DNA of 64,000 bases from an uncultured virus (IMG/VR IMGVR_UViG_2061766007_000699) (taxonomy: Duplodnaviria > Heunggongvirae > Uroviricota > Caudoviricetes). The stretch is from IMG/VR virus record IMGVR_UViG_2061766007_000699. One strand, given 5' to 3'. This document shows positions 1 to 9,587 of the stretch, piece by piece. The notes beneath the pieces were generated by a model. It searched no databases and was not told the origin of the DNA. It was given only the letters and a program-made list of their open reading frames with translations. Made by a program: the position numbers and the translations under genes. Position 1 is the first letter of the stretch; every line of letters begins with the position of its first letter.

Positions 1-2132
1 AGGTCTACTGCAAGCTCGTTGTTGTCAATGACCTGAGCGGTGTTGTTGCTGTCATCGCAAACACAGTTCCAAGCATAGACACCACCCGCTGAATAGACAG
101 TTTCCATGAAGGCATCAATGTTGGACTTGACACGGCCTCTGAGAGTTGGGGTATTGTTTTCAAACAAGTAGGACGCCAACATGGGTTCTATGCTGTTCTC
201 AATGTATAGGAGAAGTCTACGGACATTGATACGGTCTAGAGCAGTGGCCTTGACCTGACCCGTCTTCTGACCCCACATGAAGTCACCCGCACCACGGACA
301 CGCTTAGAAGTGTTGATGTTTGAATTATACATGAAACCAATTTCTTGCTCACTAAAAACTTTCAGAGCATCTAGAGTATTCATCGCCCCTCTCTGAAGCC
401 CAGCGGGTGCATTCCACACATTCGCCACATTGTCATTGTGGGCGATAATTCTACCCGCAAAGCAGACCTTGGGGAGGTAGATTCTAGCGTTGGTGTATTG
501 GTCATAAACCAAGTCAGCACCCGCATACATGGCGCAATAGCTGTTTCTAGCGTAGCTCATGTTGTTCAGCGAGTCAACGAGAGCAACGGCATCGGTAGTC
601 TTCAGACCGCCACAGGGTAGAACGGCAAAGCAGTCCTTTCTCGTGTTGGCGATTTCGGCCACGGTCTGAACGGCATCGCTAATGCTGTTATCGTTGACAT
701 ACGGAGCCATCAGGATGTTGGGAGTGCACTGTTCCTTTGACTTGAAGAGGTTTTGCCATGCTTCGGTGATTCCGTTTGTCTGATTGGCAATATCGTAGAC
801 ACCCTTTGCGAGAGGAGCGATATTGGCTACCTTCTGACCTGTGGATTCGGTATCAAACCCGCCATCAAACACATCGCCCGGTGCCGTTTCAGAAGGCTTC
901 AGATTGTCATAGTCCCATTTCTGATTGCAAGTGATGGTCACCTTGATTGTGTCTTCGTCAGCAGAAGTGGTAGTCATTTTGTAATCGCTGAAATCCGCAC
1001 CCATGGCGTTGACGGGGACAATCTTGTAATTGACAACATTTCCGTTAACGGTGAAAACGGAGGCGGCTGAAGTAACACCATCGGCACCTTTAACGATATA
1101 TGCACCTTCGTCATCGGTAGTTTCAATTTTGAACTCGTCACCTTCAAGATAAGCACTAGTAATTTCACCCCAATCACCCGCAATCGTCCAAGCAAGATTG
1201 CCAAGATAGGTGCTTGAAACTTCTGTAGCGGAGGTTTCGCCCTCAGCCTTCACGGAATCCAATTCAATTTCCGCAGAAGTGACCCAATTCTCAACTTCGG
1301 TGAAATAAGTGGCGGAGGTTTCCATCTGTCCAACAGGATTGACATAGATGTAGTTGGAGTTGCCGTTGATGACGGTCTTGGCATACATGGAGTTGCCCTG
1401 ATAGTCCTTGGCTAGAGGGTCATTGGAGACAATCCACGATTCAACAGGAACTAGAGTCTTGCTTGGGTCTTTGCCATCATTGGAAAGGCTGTCCCATTTG
1501 GCATCCTCGTAGGAGTCCTGATGGTCTTTCACATAGACATTGACACGATAGTAGTGGACATCATCACCCGCTGAGTTCTTTTCAGGATACTTGCCCTTCC
1601 AAGAATAGCCGTAGGTGTAGTCCATGCTGTCCGTTTCCACATCGTTTTCGGTGATGATGGAAATGCCAACATCGTCATTGTAATTGGAGGCACCGAGAGC
1701 GACAATGTTGAGGCCGCTGTCATTGAGCTGTTCACCCGCATAATAGAGAGTGGGCTTGTTGCCGTCAGCGAACTCACCCGCCCACATACCGCTACCTGAT
1801 TCGTTGGCGGTAGTCCTAGTGGCAGAACAGCTAGTGTCTAGGGTCAAACCCCCAACAACGGAGTCGCTGTTGGCGGGGCGAACAAAATACATGAAGTCCG
1901 ATTCCTTTAGGAACTCTAGTCCGCAATACATCGGATATTCAGCGGAGACACCTGAAACAGGCTTGCCGAAGACTTCAGCAAAATTGGAATTGCCTGTAAT
2001 CAGGACTCTTCTGTTTGTTGGGCCCTTGTAAGTGGGGCCTACCAAAGCCCCTACAGATGTCCCTACGGGGCGCACTACTTCAGACAGGTCTACTTCCTTA
2101 ATCTGAACGCCCGGTGCTCTAAAACTACCCAT
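1..2132 (-). CDS. gp18: Tail sheath protein (T4 gp18-like), 3' end runs off the window
   Basis: Missing from the ORF track because it has no stop in the window. My translation starts MGSFRAPGVQIKEVDLSEV and contains WNAPAGLQRG, WGQKT and ALDRINVRRLLLYIE, all typical sheath motifs. Confidence 0.95.
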   Translation of the reverse strand, partial: MGSFRAPGVQIKEVDLSEVVRPVGTSVGALVGPTYKGPTNRRVLITGNSNFAEVFGKPVSGVSAEYPMYCGLEFLKESDFMYFVRPANSDSVVGGLTLDTSCSATRTTANESGSGMWAGEFADGNKPTLYYAGEQLNDSGLNIVALGASNYNDDVGISIITENDVETDSMDYTYGYSWKGKYPEKNSAGDDVHYYRVNVYVKDHQDSYEDAKWDSLSNDGKDPSKTLVPVESWIVSNDPLAKDYQGNSMYAKTVINGNSNYIYVNPVGQMETSATYFTEVENWVTSAEIELDSVKAEGETSATEVSSTYLGNLAWTIAGDWGEITSAYLEGDEFKIETTDDEGAYIVKGADGVTSAASVFTVNGNVVNYKIVPVNAMGADFSDYKMTTTSADEDTIKVTITCNQKWDYDNLKPSETAPGDVFDGGFDTESTGQKVANIAPLAKGVYDIANQTNGITEAWQNLFKSKEQCTPNILMAPYVNDNSISDAVQTVAEIANTRKDCFAVLPCGGLKTTDAVALVDSLNNMSYARNSYCAMYAGADLVYDQYTNARIYLPKVCFAGRIIAHNDNVANVWNAPAGLQRGAMNTLDALKVFSEQEIGFMYNSNINTSKRVRGAGDFMWGQKTGQVKATALDRINVRRLLLYIENSIEPMLASYLFENNTPTLRGRVKSNIDAFMETVYSAGGVYAWNCVCDDSNNTAQVIDNNELAVD

Positions 2133-2189
2133 TTCTAACCTCTTTATTAAATGTTTGAAATTCGTCAACGAATCCCATCAACTCTCCTA

Positions 2190-2196
2190 TATTTAG
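2190..2196 (-). promoter_or_regulatory. Late promoter CTAAATA (sheath)
   Basis: Variant of the T4 late -10 element TATAAATA; recurs upstream of many structural genes. Confidence 0.75.
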
Positions 2197-2215
2197 TCTC
2201 CAACTCTTGACCCAC

Positions 2216-2248
2216 GAAGAAAAGGGAGAGAGCTTTCGCTCTCTCCCT
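2216..2248 (-). terminator. Intrinsic terminator after the capsid gene
   Basis: 11-bp stem AGGGAGAGAGC/GCTCTCTCCCT followed by a T-rich run on the minus strand. Confidence 0.85.
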
Positions 2249-2275
2249 GTGTTTTCTCATCTACGCTAAGCTAGA

Positions 2276-3715
2276 CTACCAGTTGCGGTAGAAAATGTTG
2301 TCTTCACGACCGCTAGTGGGGTCATTGCCGAAGGTATCCTTGAGGTCAACCTTGGCATAGAGGTAGTAGCGGTTTGCACCAAGCAGAGAGGTGCAAAGAG
2401 CGTAGCGGTTCATGACACCAAGACGGGGGCTGAAGTCACGGGGGTCAGTGGCTTCGGCAACGAGATTGGTGACATAGGGGCAGTAGACAATGCCTGAGTC
2501 AGCAAGAGCGGTGCCCTTATAGCCAACGAGGACATAATCTTCTCTAGCGTATTGGTCAAGATAGACCTTGATGGTGCCGTTGATGGTGCCGATTTCAGGA
2601 GTAGCTTCAAAACCTGAAATCTGAGTTTCAGCCTTGCTCCAAACAGAGGTAGGAGCAGTCTGAAGCAGAGTGGCCACATCGGGGGACACAATGCAGAAGT
2701 TACCCGCAAATCTGTGGGTGGTCTTGATGATTAGGTTGGAGAGACGGAGAATCTTGGCAACAAGTTCCGCACCACGGTTAACCATAGTCCCGGCGGCATC
2801 AGTGCCCGTAGAGACGGTGATGGTTTCGGCCTGAGTAGCAACGGACTTGATGGCTTCAAGGATTTCTCTGTCCTGTTCAGCCACGAGTTCATACTGAATG
2901 GCGGCTAGGAGTTCCTTCTTGACATCCACTGACCAAACATTCTGAAGGTCAGTAACGGATTCAAGAGAAACGGAGGCCGCTAGCTTACGAGTCTTGGCTA
3001 GGATGGATTCGGTTTCTAGCTGAAGGGTGATTTCAGGATAGGCTTCGGCAGAGGTAGGCATAGAGCCATTGTCTAGCTTTTCAATGCCGTAAGCGGTAGT
3101 GGGATAATTAGCAGTAGGAATAGTGCGATTGGTGCCACCGAGCATCCAATGTTCAGCGAACTGAGGGTCAGCGGCAACACCCTTGTCGGCCATGCCTGAA
3201 ACTTCAGCGAAGTCAGCAACAGCCTGACCTGAGGTAGCGGGGTCAAGATACCCGGTAGTATTCTTAATCCAACCCGTGAAACCTGAATACTGAGGAACAT
3301 AGTCCCAACCCGCTAGCTTGGTAGCCGCACGAGTAACGGGGTCAACATAGTAGGGACGAAGAGCGGCGGCGATACCCGCAGGGCCATTCATGGCCTGAAC
3401 GGAGAGCACCTTGTTGGCGAAGAGAGCGGGGAAGGTCTGACGAACAAGAGCCATGCTCATGCCGCCAAGAGGCCCGTAGGCACCCATGCCCTTGCCGCCG
3501 GGGAGTAGATTGCCCTTAGGAGAGGCACCGATGGCGAGAGAGGAGATACCCGTGTTGAAAGAGGCTTCCTTGAGCATCTGCTTCTGCTGATTTTCTAGCA
3601 TAGCGGCGCAGTTTTCCTTAATCTGCTTGTTGGCGATTGAGCCAACACCGACCTTGCCACGAGCGGGGCTAGACCACTTCTCGACCAAGGTCTTGGGAAC
3701 GAATGAATTTCTCAT
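2276..3715 (-). CDS. gp23: Major capsid protein (T4 gp23-like)
   Basis: Motifs VQAMNGPAG, AKTRKLAA, EQDREI, GNFCIVSP, GIVYCPY and FSPRLGVMNRY. Confidence 0.97.
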   Translation of the reverse strand: MRNSFVPKTLVEKWSSPARGKVGVGSIANKQIKENCAAMLENQQKQMLKEASFNTGISSLAIGASPKGNLLPGGKGMGAYGPLGGMSMALVRQTFPALFANKVLSVQAMNGPAGIAAALRPYYVDPVTRAATKLAGWDYVPQYSGFTGWIKNTTGYLDPATSGQAVADFAEVSGMADKGVAADPQFAEHWMLGGTNRTIPTANYPTTAYGIEKLDNGSMPTSAEAYPEITLQLETESILAKTRKLAASVSLESVTDLQNVWSVDVKKELLAAIQYELVAEQDREILEAIKSVATQAETITVSTGTDAAGTMVNRGAELVAKILRLSNLIIKTTHRFAGNFCIVSPDVATLLQTAPTSVWSKAETQISGFEATPEIGTINGTIKVYLDQYAREDYVLVGYKGTALADSGIVYCPYVTNLVAEATDPRDFSPRLGVMNRYALCTSLLGANRYYLYAKVDLKDTFGNDPTSGREDNIFYRNW

Positions 3716-3733
3716 TGTCTTTTTCCTTTTTGT

Positions 3734-4642
3734 TTAATCCATGAACTGATTGGCAATATCATATTCGGAGGGGCCTCTCATGTTGTTGGCCACATCCTCA
3801 ATGAAATCACCGTCTGAAAAGGTTTCGTTCAACTGTCGCACAGGTCTAGTCCTGACAACAGCCTTCTCTTCTACCTTTTCTACCATTTTGTCTATACGGC
3901 TACGGACAAAATCAAATCCACGGCCTTCAAAGAAAGTCCTGACTTCCTCTGCTTGGCTTGGGGATAGGTCTTTTGTCTTTTCCGAAATGAGTAGGGCGGT
4001 GGCGGCTCTTTCCTTAGTGCGCACTAGTTCAGCACGCTCTTCGGTGAGAGATTCCACCTTGCTCAACAGGGCTTTGTTTTCCTGTCTGAGCTTATTAACA
4101 GCGGCAGTTGGGTCAATGGGTGAGTAATGTTCCTCAAACAGCATCTTTATGCCGTCCACGAGGGCACCCAACTCATTGCTTACTACCGATTCCTTGATGA
4201 GCCTGTCGGAAATTTTTTCGGCAATCTGCTCATTCAAGAATGTGTCTAGAGCCTTGACGGCCTTCTGTTCTTCAGCCATGAACTTCTTTTCAAATTCATG
4301 GAACTGTTCTAGCGTTACTCTGTCTTCTTCCTTGGCCTTCTGCTCAAACTCTTCTCTGATTTGCTTGCGGAGTTGCTGAGCGAACTGTTCAAGGTTTTCA
4401 TCCAATTCCTTGTCGTTCTTCTTTGCCAATTCAGCCTTCTGTTCTTCCAAGACCTTTTCCATTTCGGCCTTGTTCTCAGCGACTTTTTCCGCAACGGTTT
4501 CGTTCACATAGTTTTCAGCAATCTTCTCAACTTTGGACAGCCGTTCTTCTACAGAGGCGGCAATGGTCTTTTCCACCTCTTCCTTGAACTCGTTGAGCTG
4601 TTCTTCTGTGAGAACGCCTTGCAAACTTGAATAAATCCGCAT
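3734..4642 (-). CDS. gp22: Prohead core scaffold protein (gp22-like)
   Basis: Glu-rich coiled coil immediately upstream of the capsid gene, with many L/I-x-E sites. Confidence 0.85.
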   Translation of the reverse strand: MRIYSSLQGVLTEEQLNEFKEEVEKTIAASVEERLSKVEKIAENYVNETVAEKVAENKAEMEKVLEEQKAELAKKNDKELDENLEQFAQQLRKQIREEFEQKAKEEDRVTLEQFHEFEKKFMAEEQKAVKALDTFLNEQIAEKISDRLIKESVVSNELGALVDGIKMLFEEHYSPIDPTAAVNKLRQENKALLSKVESLTEERAELVRTKERAATALLISEKTKDLSPSQAEEVRTFFEGRGFDFVRSRIDKMVEKVEEKAVVRTRPVRQLNETFSDGDFIEDVANNMRGPSEYDIANQFMD

Positions 4643-4660
4643 ATCAAATCCTCCAAATTC

Positions 4661-4667
4661 TATTTAG
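4661..4667 (-). promoter_or_regulatory. Late promoter CTAAATA (scaffold/capsid)
   Basis: Motif about 20 nt upstream of the scaffold ATG, with GGAGG SD. Confidence 0.75.
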
Positions 4668-4679
4668 TATCCAATGCTC

Positions 4680-5048
4680 TTAGAGTAGGGCATTGACATC
4701 ATCCAAAGCCTGTTTCGCTTCCATCGTGGGAGTCTTTGGTTGTGAAAGTATTGACAAATTCTGAGGCTCAACAGTGGATGGTGTAGCAACTTCGTTTGAC
4801 TGAGGAGCGGAGAAAGAGCCTGAGCCAATCTTGGAATTGATGTCCTGAAGGGTCTTTCTGATTACCGATAGCTCGTCAATCATTTCTCTGAAGATTTCCA
4901 CTACAGGGTCTTCCTCTTCATCGTCTTCTTCTTCGTATTCGGGCTCTTTATGCTCTTCTGTCTTTCTAGAAACGGGTGACTGTTCCTCTTCGGAATCAAT
5001 CCAAGAGTCCGCCTGTTCACTCATAAATTCATCTAAAAAACTACGCAT
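4680..5048 (-). CDS. Acidic hypothetical protein, possible prohead core component
   Basis: ORF in the head cluster; N-terminus MRSFLDEFMSE resembles a capsid-targeting sequence. Confidence 0.7.
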   Translation of the reverse strand: MRSFLDEFMSEQADSWIDSEEEQSPVSRKTEEHKEPEYEEEDDEEEDPVVEIFREMIDELSVIRKTLQDINSKIGSGSFSAPQSNEVATPSTVEPQNLSILSQPKTPTMEAKQALDDVNALL

Positions 5049-5052
5049 TGTT

Positions 5053-5748
5053 CTAATCCTCTATGCTTAGTCCAACAGCTTCCTCGTATTCGTATGTAGA
5101 TTCGGGCAATTCATACCATTCATATCCGTATTTGTCCATCACATAGTCTCTAGCCTTATCAAACGCATAGTCAGAGCCATGTCTCCTAGCTACTTCAAAA
5201 TCGTAGGCATCACGAAGTCTCTCCATGGCTTCAGGATTGAAATCGTATTCGTCAGCTTCTTCTCTGAGAACTTTCCCCTTGTGGAACCGTGACTCTCTCA
5301 CAGTCTCTTTGGACAAAATCTTGTCCGCATATCTGAAAAGTTTGACAAATTCCGTTGGCTTCAGTTCAATCTCTCTCGTGTAGTCATCAGACCAAAAATC
5401 AAATTCAATCAGTTCGCCTTCATTGCCCCAAATCAGAACATTGACCTGTTCCGTATCGCCATTCTTTCGTGTCAAGTCAGTCCACCCAACACCGACAACA
5501 GGAATGCTCTTTCCTTCTCCAACGGCAACGATTATCTTGCACAAAGGATTGTTCGCATCGCTATCGTCCATGACTTTGAATTTCCAATTTCTGTTTGGGA
5601 GAGCGTGCTTCATCGGAGGAATGACCTCTTTCAGTATGAAGTCATTGAACGCTTTGGTCAGATATGCACCAAAGTCAGGATTGATGTGCTCGTAATCTTC
5701 CTTGAGCATACGGCCACGGTGTCTGTTAAATTTACTCGTATATCTCAT
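5053..5748 (-). CDS. Putative internal head (cargo) protein with two Arg-rich tags
   Basis: ATG at 5748 with AGGA SD; contains RHRGRMLKE and ESRFHKGKVLRE. Confidence 0.75.
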   Translation of the reverse strand: MRYTSKFNRHRGRMLKEDYEHINPDFGAYLTKAFNDFILKEVIPPMKHALPNRNWKFKVMDDSDANNPLCKIIVAVGEGKSIPVVGVGWTDLTRKNGDTEQVNVLIWGNEGELIEFDFWSDDYTREIELKPTEFVKLFRYADKILSKETVRESRFHKGKVLREEADEYDFNPEAMERLRDAYDFEVARRHGSDYAFDKARDYVMDKYGYEWYELPESTYEYEEAVGLSIED

Positions 5749-5768
5749 TTGTTTTTCCTGTGATTTCG

Positions 5769-7277
5769 TTATTCGGGGTCTTTCCAAACACCGTCTACCA
5801 TGCGCCTTCCGAATTTCGCTCTAGGGAGGGTTTTTCGGCCTCCTCTTACACCCCACGCATCATCGCTGTCATCCACATCGTCTTCGTCATCGTCTTCAAG
5901 AGGCACATAGAACGGAACACCCTTTTTAATGTGATTCCATGTGGATTTGATGATTGACCTTTCACCCAACATCCGCCTATGAGGTCTGCGGAAAGATTCA
6001 TTCATGTCATCAATCATTCTCTCCAAATCTCTATGCGCACTGAGAGCAATACGAGAATCAGCGAGTTCATCCACATCGGAAATCCCTCTCTTGGAGGCGA
6101 AGTCAATCATCTTGTTGGCCCATTCATCTAGCCATCCCTTGATACCTGAAACAGTCCAATCGTCTCCAAGTTTGTCATTGAGGATGTCTTCTAGAACGGT
6201 GCTCACCACATCTTCGTAAACGGCTTCGGACTCTTTGAACAGCCGTCCATGTCTACGGTAGGATTCCACTTTCGTTACAACATCGTCTACACCATTGGCG
6301 AGTTTCTTCTGAATGACCTTTGGAGTATTCGGCTTTTCTTTTGTTCCGCCCGTCTGAGGCATGTGCTCTCTGTCAGGGGCACCTTCAATGGCGTTGTTGT
6401 TGCTGTTCAAACGGAGACAGTTGTTGGCGGCATAGGTGAGAACTTTCGCACCCGCACTATTGTCATTTTTGAAACCTGTCCGTTCTAGGTCTGTAAGTCC
6501 GCTCTTGTCGCAATCCTCTAGAATGTCCTCGCATATATCGGAGAACTCTTCCTTTGAATCAACGGAGTTGTAGAAATTCTTTGCGGCCTTCAGCATTTCG
6601 GGCAAGTCTGCTTCTAGAACATTGCACGCTTTGGTATCAGTCCCATCAACTTTGCTCGTGGCAACAGGAATTTCTCCAAGAGCCGAAGCAATGACACCTT
6701 GAACTGCGGCGAGTGCTTGTTTTGGCTCTATTTTCTTTGTAGAAGTGAAGTTGATTGCCGTAATCTTCGCATTGGGATTGAACGCATACACCTGAGACCA
6801 TCTGTGGTGTCCGTCAATGATGAACTCACCGTTGAAAATCCACACAGGAGACCCCGCCGTTACAGTAGGCGAATCTTCCTTGAGCATTAGCGCAAGATTG
6901 TCTTTGGCCTTTTCGGGCTCCTTGACGGGGAAACCGATTGAGTTTTCTAGACCTATGAAATTCTGAGTGGGCTTTAGGTCTTTTACGGGGACAGCTGTTG
7001 CTCCATGTGCGACAATCTTGATGTCCTTTGAATTGCCACCGAAAGCGTAGTCAATCCACTTTTTAGTCTTGGGGTCTTTTGCACCACTGACTAGCTCATC
7101 AACGAATTTCTCATAGGACATTTCGTCTTCAAACTCTTTCGGAGTGTTGACTGTTTCCTGAGTCTGTTGTTCCTTCTGACCTTCTTCCTGTTCTTCTTCG
7201 TTGGCTTCGCTCATAATATGATTGAAGAACGGACTACGAAGAGACCCATTATGTCTTTTGAAATTCCAATTACTCAT
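5769..7277 (-). CDS. ParB/Srx-like domain polyprotein with Arg-rich tags
   Basis: DLKPTQ and IIDGHHRW motifs; tags ESYRRHGRLFKE and ESFRRPHRRMLGE. Confidence 0.8.
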   Translation of the reverse strand: MSNWNFKRHNGSLRSPFFNHIMSEANEEEQEEGQKEQQTQETVNTPKEFEDEMSYEKFVDELVSGAKDPKTKKWIDYAFGGNSKDIKIVAHGATAVPVKDLKPTQNFIGLENSIGFPVKEPEKAKDNLALMLKEDSPTVTAGSPVWIFNGEFIIDGHHRWSQVYAFNPNAKITAINFTSTKKIEPKQALAAVQGVIASALGEIPVATSKVDGTDTKACNVLEADLPEMLKAAKNFYNSVDSKEEFSDICEDILEDCDKSGLTDLERTGFKNDNSAGAKVLTYAANNCLRLNSNNNAIEGAPDREHMPQTGGTKEKPNTPKVIQKKLANGVDDVVTKVESYRRHGRLFKESEAVYEDVVSTVLEDILNDKLGDDWTVSGIKGWLDEWANKMIDFASKRGISDVDELADSRIALSAHRDLERMIDDMNESFRRPHRRMLGERSIIKSTWNHIKKGVPFYVPLEDDDEDDVDDSDDAWGVRGGRKTLPRAKFGRRMVDGVWKDPE

Positions 7278-7278
7278 C

Positions 7279-7929
7279 TTACCGCCCCTTATTGATGTCA
7301 TGAAGGAACATCTTTAGGTCATCCAAAATTTCTCGTGAGCCGTGCTTGGCTAGACTTTCCTCTAGGTTTTCCACGGCCTTCTCAACAATGGAATCACCCT
7401 TGATGATGTATTCCTTGTTTTCCATGATTCCATTGACATAAGCTGATTGTGCTGACGGGTCGCCCACAATGTCAACACACACTAGCTGATAGTCATCATT
7501 GACCGTGGTGTTGTCTTCATCGTTCAAAGTCCCAAGTCCTCTAGAGGAAACACCCAACTTGACACCGCCATCCAAAAGAGACTGAGCGATACGGCCCATG
7601 GGTGTGTCTAGAATCTTGGCTTTGCCTATGATGTCGTTGCCGTCAAATTCCAACGATTCAATGATATGAGACACCCTATCCAAATTGATGGTAGGGGTTT
7701 CGGGGTGGTCTAGTTCGCCCATCGCCCTGTGTGTCTCAATCATTTCCTTGCGGTATTTGTCTACTTCCCTTTCCATGATTTTCTTGGGATAGATTCTACC
7801 GTTTCGGTTCTTGGTCTCCACTTGCATGAAGGGGCCCGTGATATACCAATGCTTTTCCTTAGAGTCTTCGGACGATTCCTTAAGGTATTCAATGGAACTC
7901 AAATCAACATCTTCTACCATCAACTTCAT
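7279..7929 (-). CDS. gp21: Prohead maturation protease (gp21-like)
   Basis: NRNGRIYP, GELDHP, GVSSRGLG and DIVGDPSA. Confidence 0.97.
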   Translation of the reverse strand: MKLMVEDVDLSSIEYLKESSEDSKEKHWYITGPFMQVETKNRNGRIYPKKIMEREVDKYRKEMIETHRAMGELDHPETPTINLDRVSHIIESLEFDGNDIIGKAKILDTPMGRIAQSLLDGGVKLGVSSRGLGTLNDEDNTTVNDDYQLVCVDIVGDPSAQSAYVNGIMENKEYIIKGDSIVEKAVENLEESLAKHGSREILDDLKMFLHDINKGR

Positions 7930-7953
7930 GGCTTTTCTCCTATTCTTCCTTTA

Positions 7954-9033
7954 CTATTTAGCGAAGATGTGCATGTGCTGTAGGTGGTTTTCAGCATCTT
8001 TCTTCGTCTTGTGGGAGGATAGCACCTTTCCTGTTTTGTGAGAGACAATCACCCAAGGAGCTTCTTCACCCTTTGAGTTCCTGTGTCCTTCCATGTGCTT
8101 GACATATTCCACTAACAGAGGAGATTTGCCGTAGCCCAAAAACCGTCTGAAATCTTCTTTGATTTTCGGTCTCATGTCTTTGCGATATTCAAGTTCTCTG
8201 AAATTGAAAAGTGCAATGAACTCGTCAATACTGTAATCACCGCAAATCTGACCTATTTTTTCCTGTGTCAAGATGTAATAAGACGGCAAATTGTCAGTTC
8301 TAGTAGTCTTGTATCCTCTATTCAACAGACCCAACTTCAGTTCTTCCGAATCAGAAATCCATATCTCAACTTCTCTTCCGCTGTTGTAGGCGAACTCAAA
8401 CCAACTCTTAGCTATATCCATCGCCTTCGTCTGATTTATCGGGATGACGAATGAATATACAGGACTATAACCTTCACTACCTGTGCGAACTTCCTGTTTT
8501 CTCAGAAGAACTTTCGCATTGGTCGCAACAGTGTCTCTCCGCTTGTTTCTGCGGTCAATCATCTTCTGCTTGAGTTCGTCATCCATTTGGTGAGAGCCTG
8601 TTTTATCTAGACGGGTGATTTTGACCTCACCGTTAGACCTAGAGTTGACGATTGCCGCCCATCTACGGAACTCAGGGCCATGTCCTTGCTTGGGAACATT
8701 GCCGTTGAAATAAGTCGCATAGTGACACATCTCGTGAACTAGAGTGTTGAACCACGCATCTTCCGAGGCTTCGTAATTGATGTTGAAGTTGATGACGGGT
8801 TTGGCCATCTCGTAGAAGTTTTCGCTATCTACGAAAGTCCTGTCCATCCCATTGTCTTTGAACAGCTTTCTTTGCACTGTGTTGAACTTCAAAGGTGCCG
8901 TAATCTTGAATGTTCCTAGAGTGTGATTGAGACCTGTCTTGAACGAAAAGTCACAATCTCCTAGTTCGCCTCCGAAGAATTTTTCGTTGGCTTCATCGTA
9001 TTTTCGTTCTGCCCATTCCTGTGTAGGTCTCAT
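7954..9033 (-). CDS. SprT-like zinc metalloprotease domain protein
   Basis: N..FFGGEL, TLVHEMCH and GHGPEF. Confidence 0.85.
   Translation of the reverse strand: MRPTQEWAERKYDEANEKFFGGELGDCDFSFKTGLNHTLGTFKITAPLKFNTVQRKLFKDNGMDRTFVDSENFYEMAKPVINFNINYEASEDAWFNTLVHEMCHYATYFNGNVPKQGHGPEFRRWAAIVNSRSNGEVKITRLDKTGSHQMDDELKQKMIDRRNKRRDTVATNAKVLLRKQEVRTGSEGYSPVYSFVIPINQTKAMDIAKSWFEFAYNSGREVEIWISDSEELKLGLLNRGYKTTRTDNLPSYYILTQEKIGQICGDYSIDEFIALFNFRELEYRKDMRPKIKEDFRRFLGYGKSPLLVEYVKHMEGHRNSKGEEAPWVIVSHKTGKVLSSHKTKKDAENHLQHMHIFAK
7955..7961 (-). promoter_or_regulatory. Late promoter CTAAATA (protease)
   Basis: Motif upstream of gp21, overlapping the previous stop codon. Confidence 0.7.
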
Positions 9034-9379
9034 CAGGCGAGTTCCTTAGGCATATTGTCTAGACCACAGTTCAACAGCTTCCTTAGGGGTCTTGTCTCCG
9101 TCTGAATAGATGTCGCAAATTTCGTTCACGGCTTCTTCTGCTTCATATCCCTGAAGGATATTCGTAACCGAAATCTGTTTCAGCAATAATGTAGTCTACT
9201 AGACCATCAACATTACCCTCTTCTGTATAGTCTACGCTCTGCGGGTCTCTGTAAAATTCCAAGCCTGTCTTTTCGCTAACTTTGTCTGCTAGCCATTCCA
9301 AACCTTTCTTGATAACCGTTTCCTTCAGCATTCTTCCACGAGGTCTGCGATATTCATTCTTGCTGTATGATTCCTTCAT
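9033..9379 (-). pseudogene. Tagged acidic cargo gene with apparent frameshift(s), real or sequencing error
   Basis: MKESYSKNEYRRPRGRMLKE... stops at 9143. Removing one base near 9150 continues as GYEAEEAVNEICDIYS to 9046; removing a second reaches a TGA overlapping the SprT ATG at 9033. Confidence 0.6.
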
Positions 9380-9471
9380 GGAATTTCCTCCTACATACTT
9401 CATTGAAACCCCTTCATATCCTTTATGGATACTCAGCACAAAATTATCGTTAACAAACCTTCTTGTAAGAC

Positions 9472-9479
9472 TATTTATA
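9472..9479 (-). promoter_or_regulatory. T4-type late promoter TATAAATA
   Basis: Exact T4 consensus in AT-rich intergenic DNA upstream of a tagged gene. Confidence 0.55.
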
Positions 9480-9587
9480 TTTCATTTATCTATGAGTAAA
9501 GACTTAGTTCCACCTTCGGAAATAAATATCACAGCATTAACAGGATTTCTTTTTACAGAATGTTTTTCGTCAAACATGACATCAATC

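Noticed and set aside
438..2031. Short track ORFs here and many antisense ORFs elsewhere
   Set aside because: They are shadows of long genes such as the tail sheath, with no SD or motifs.
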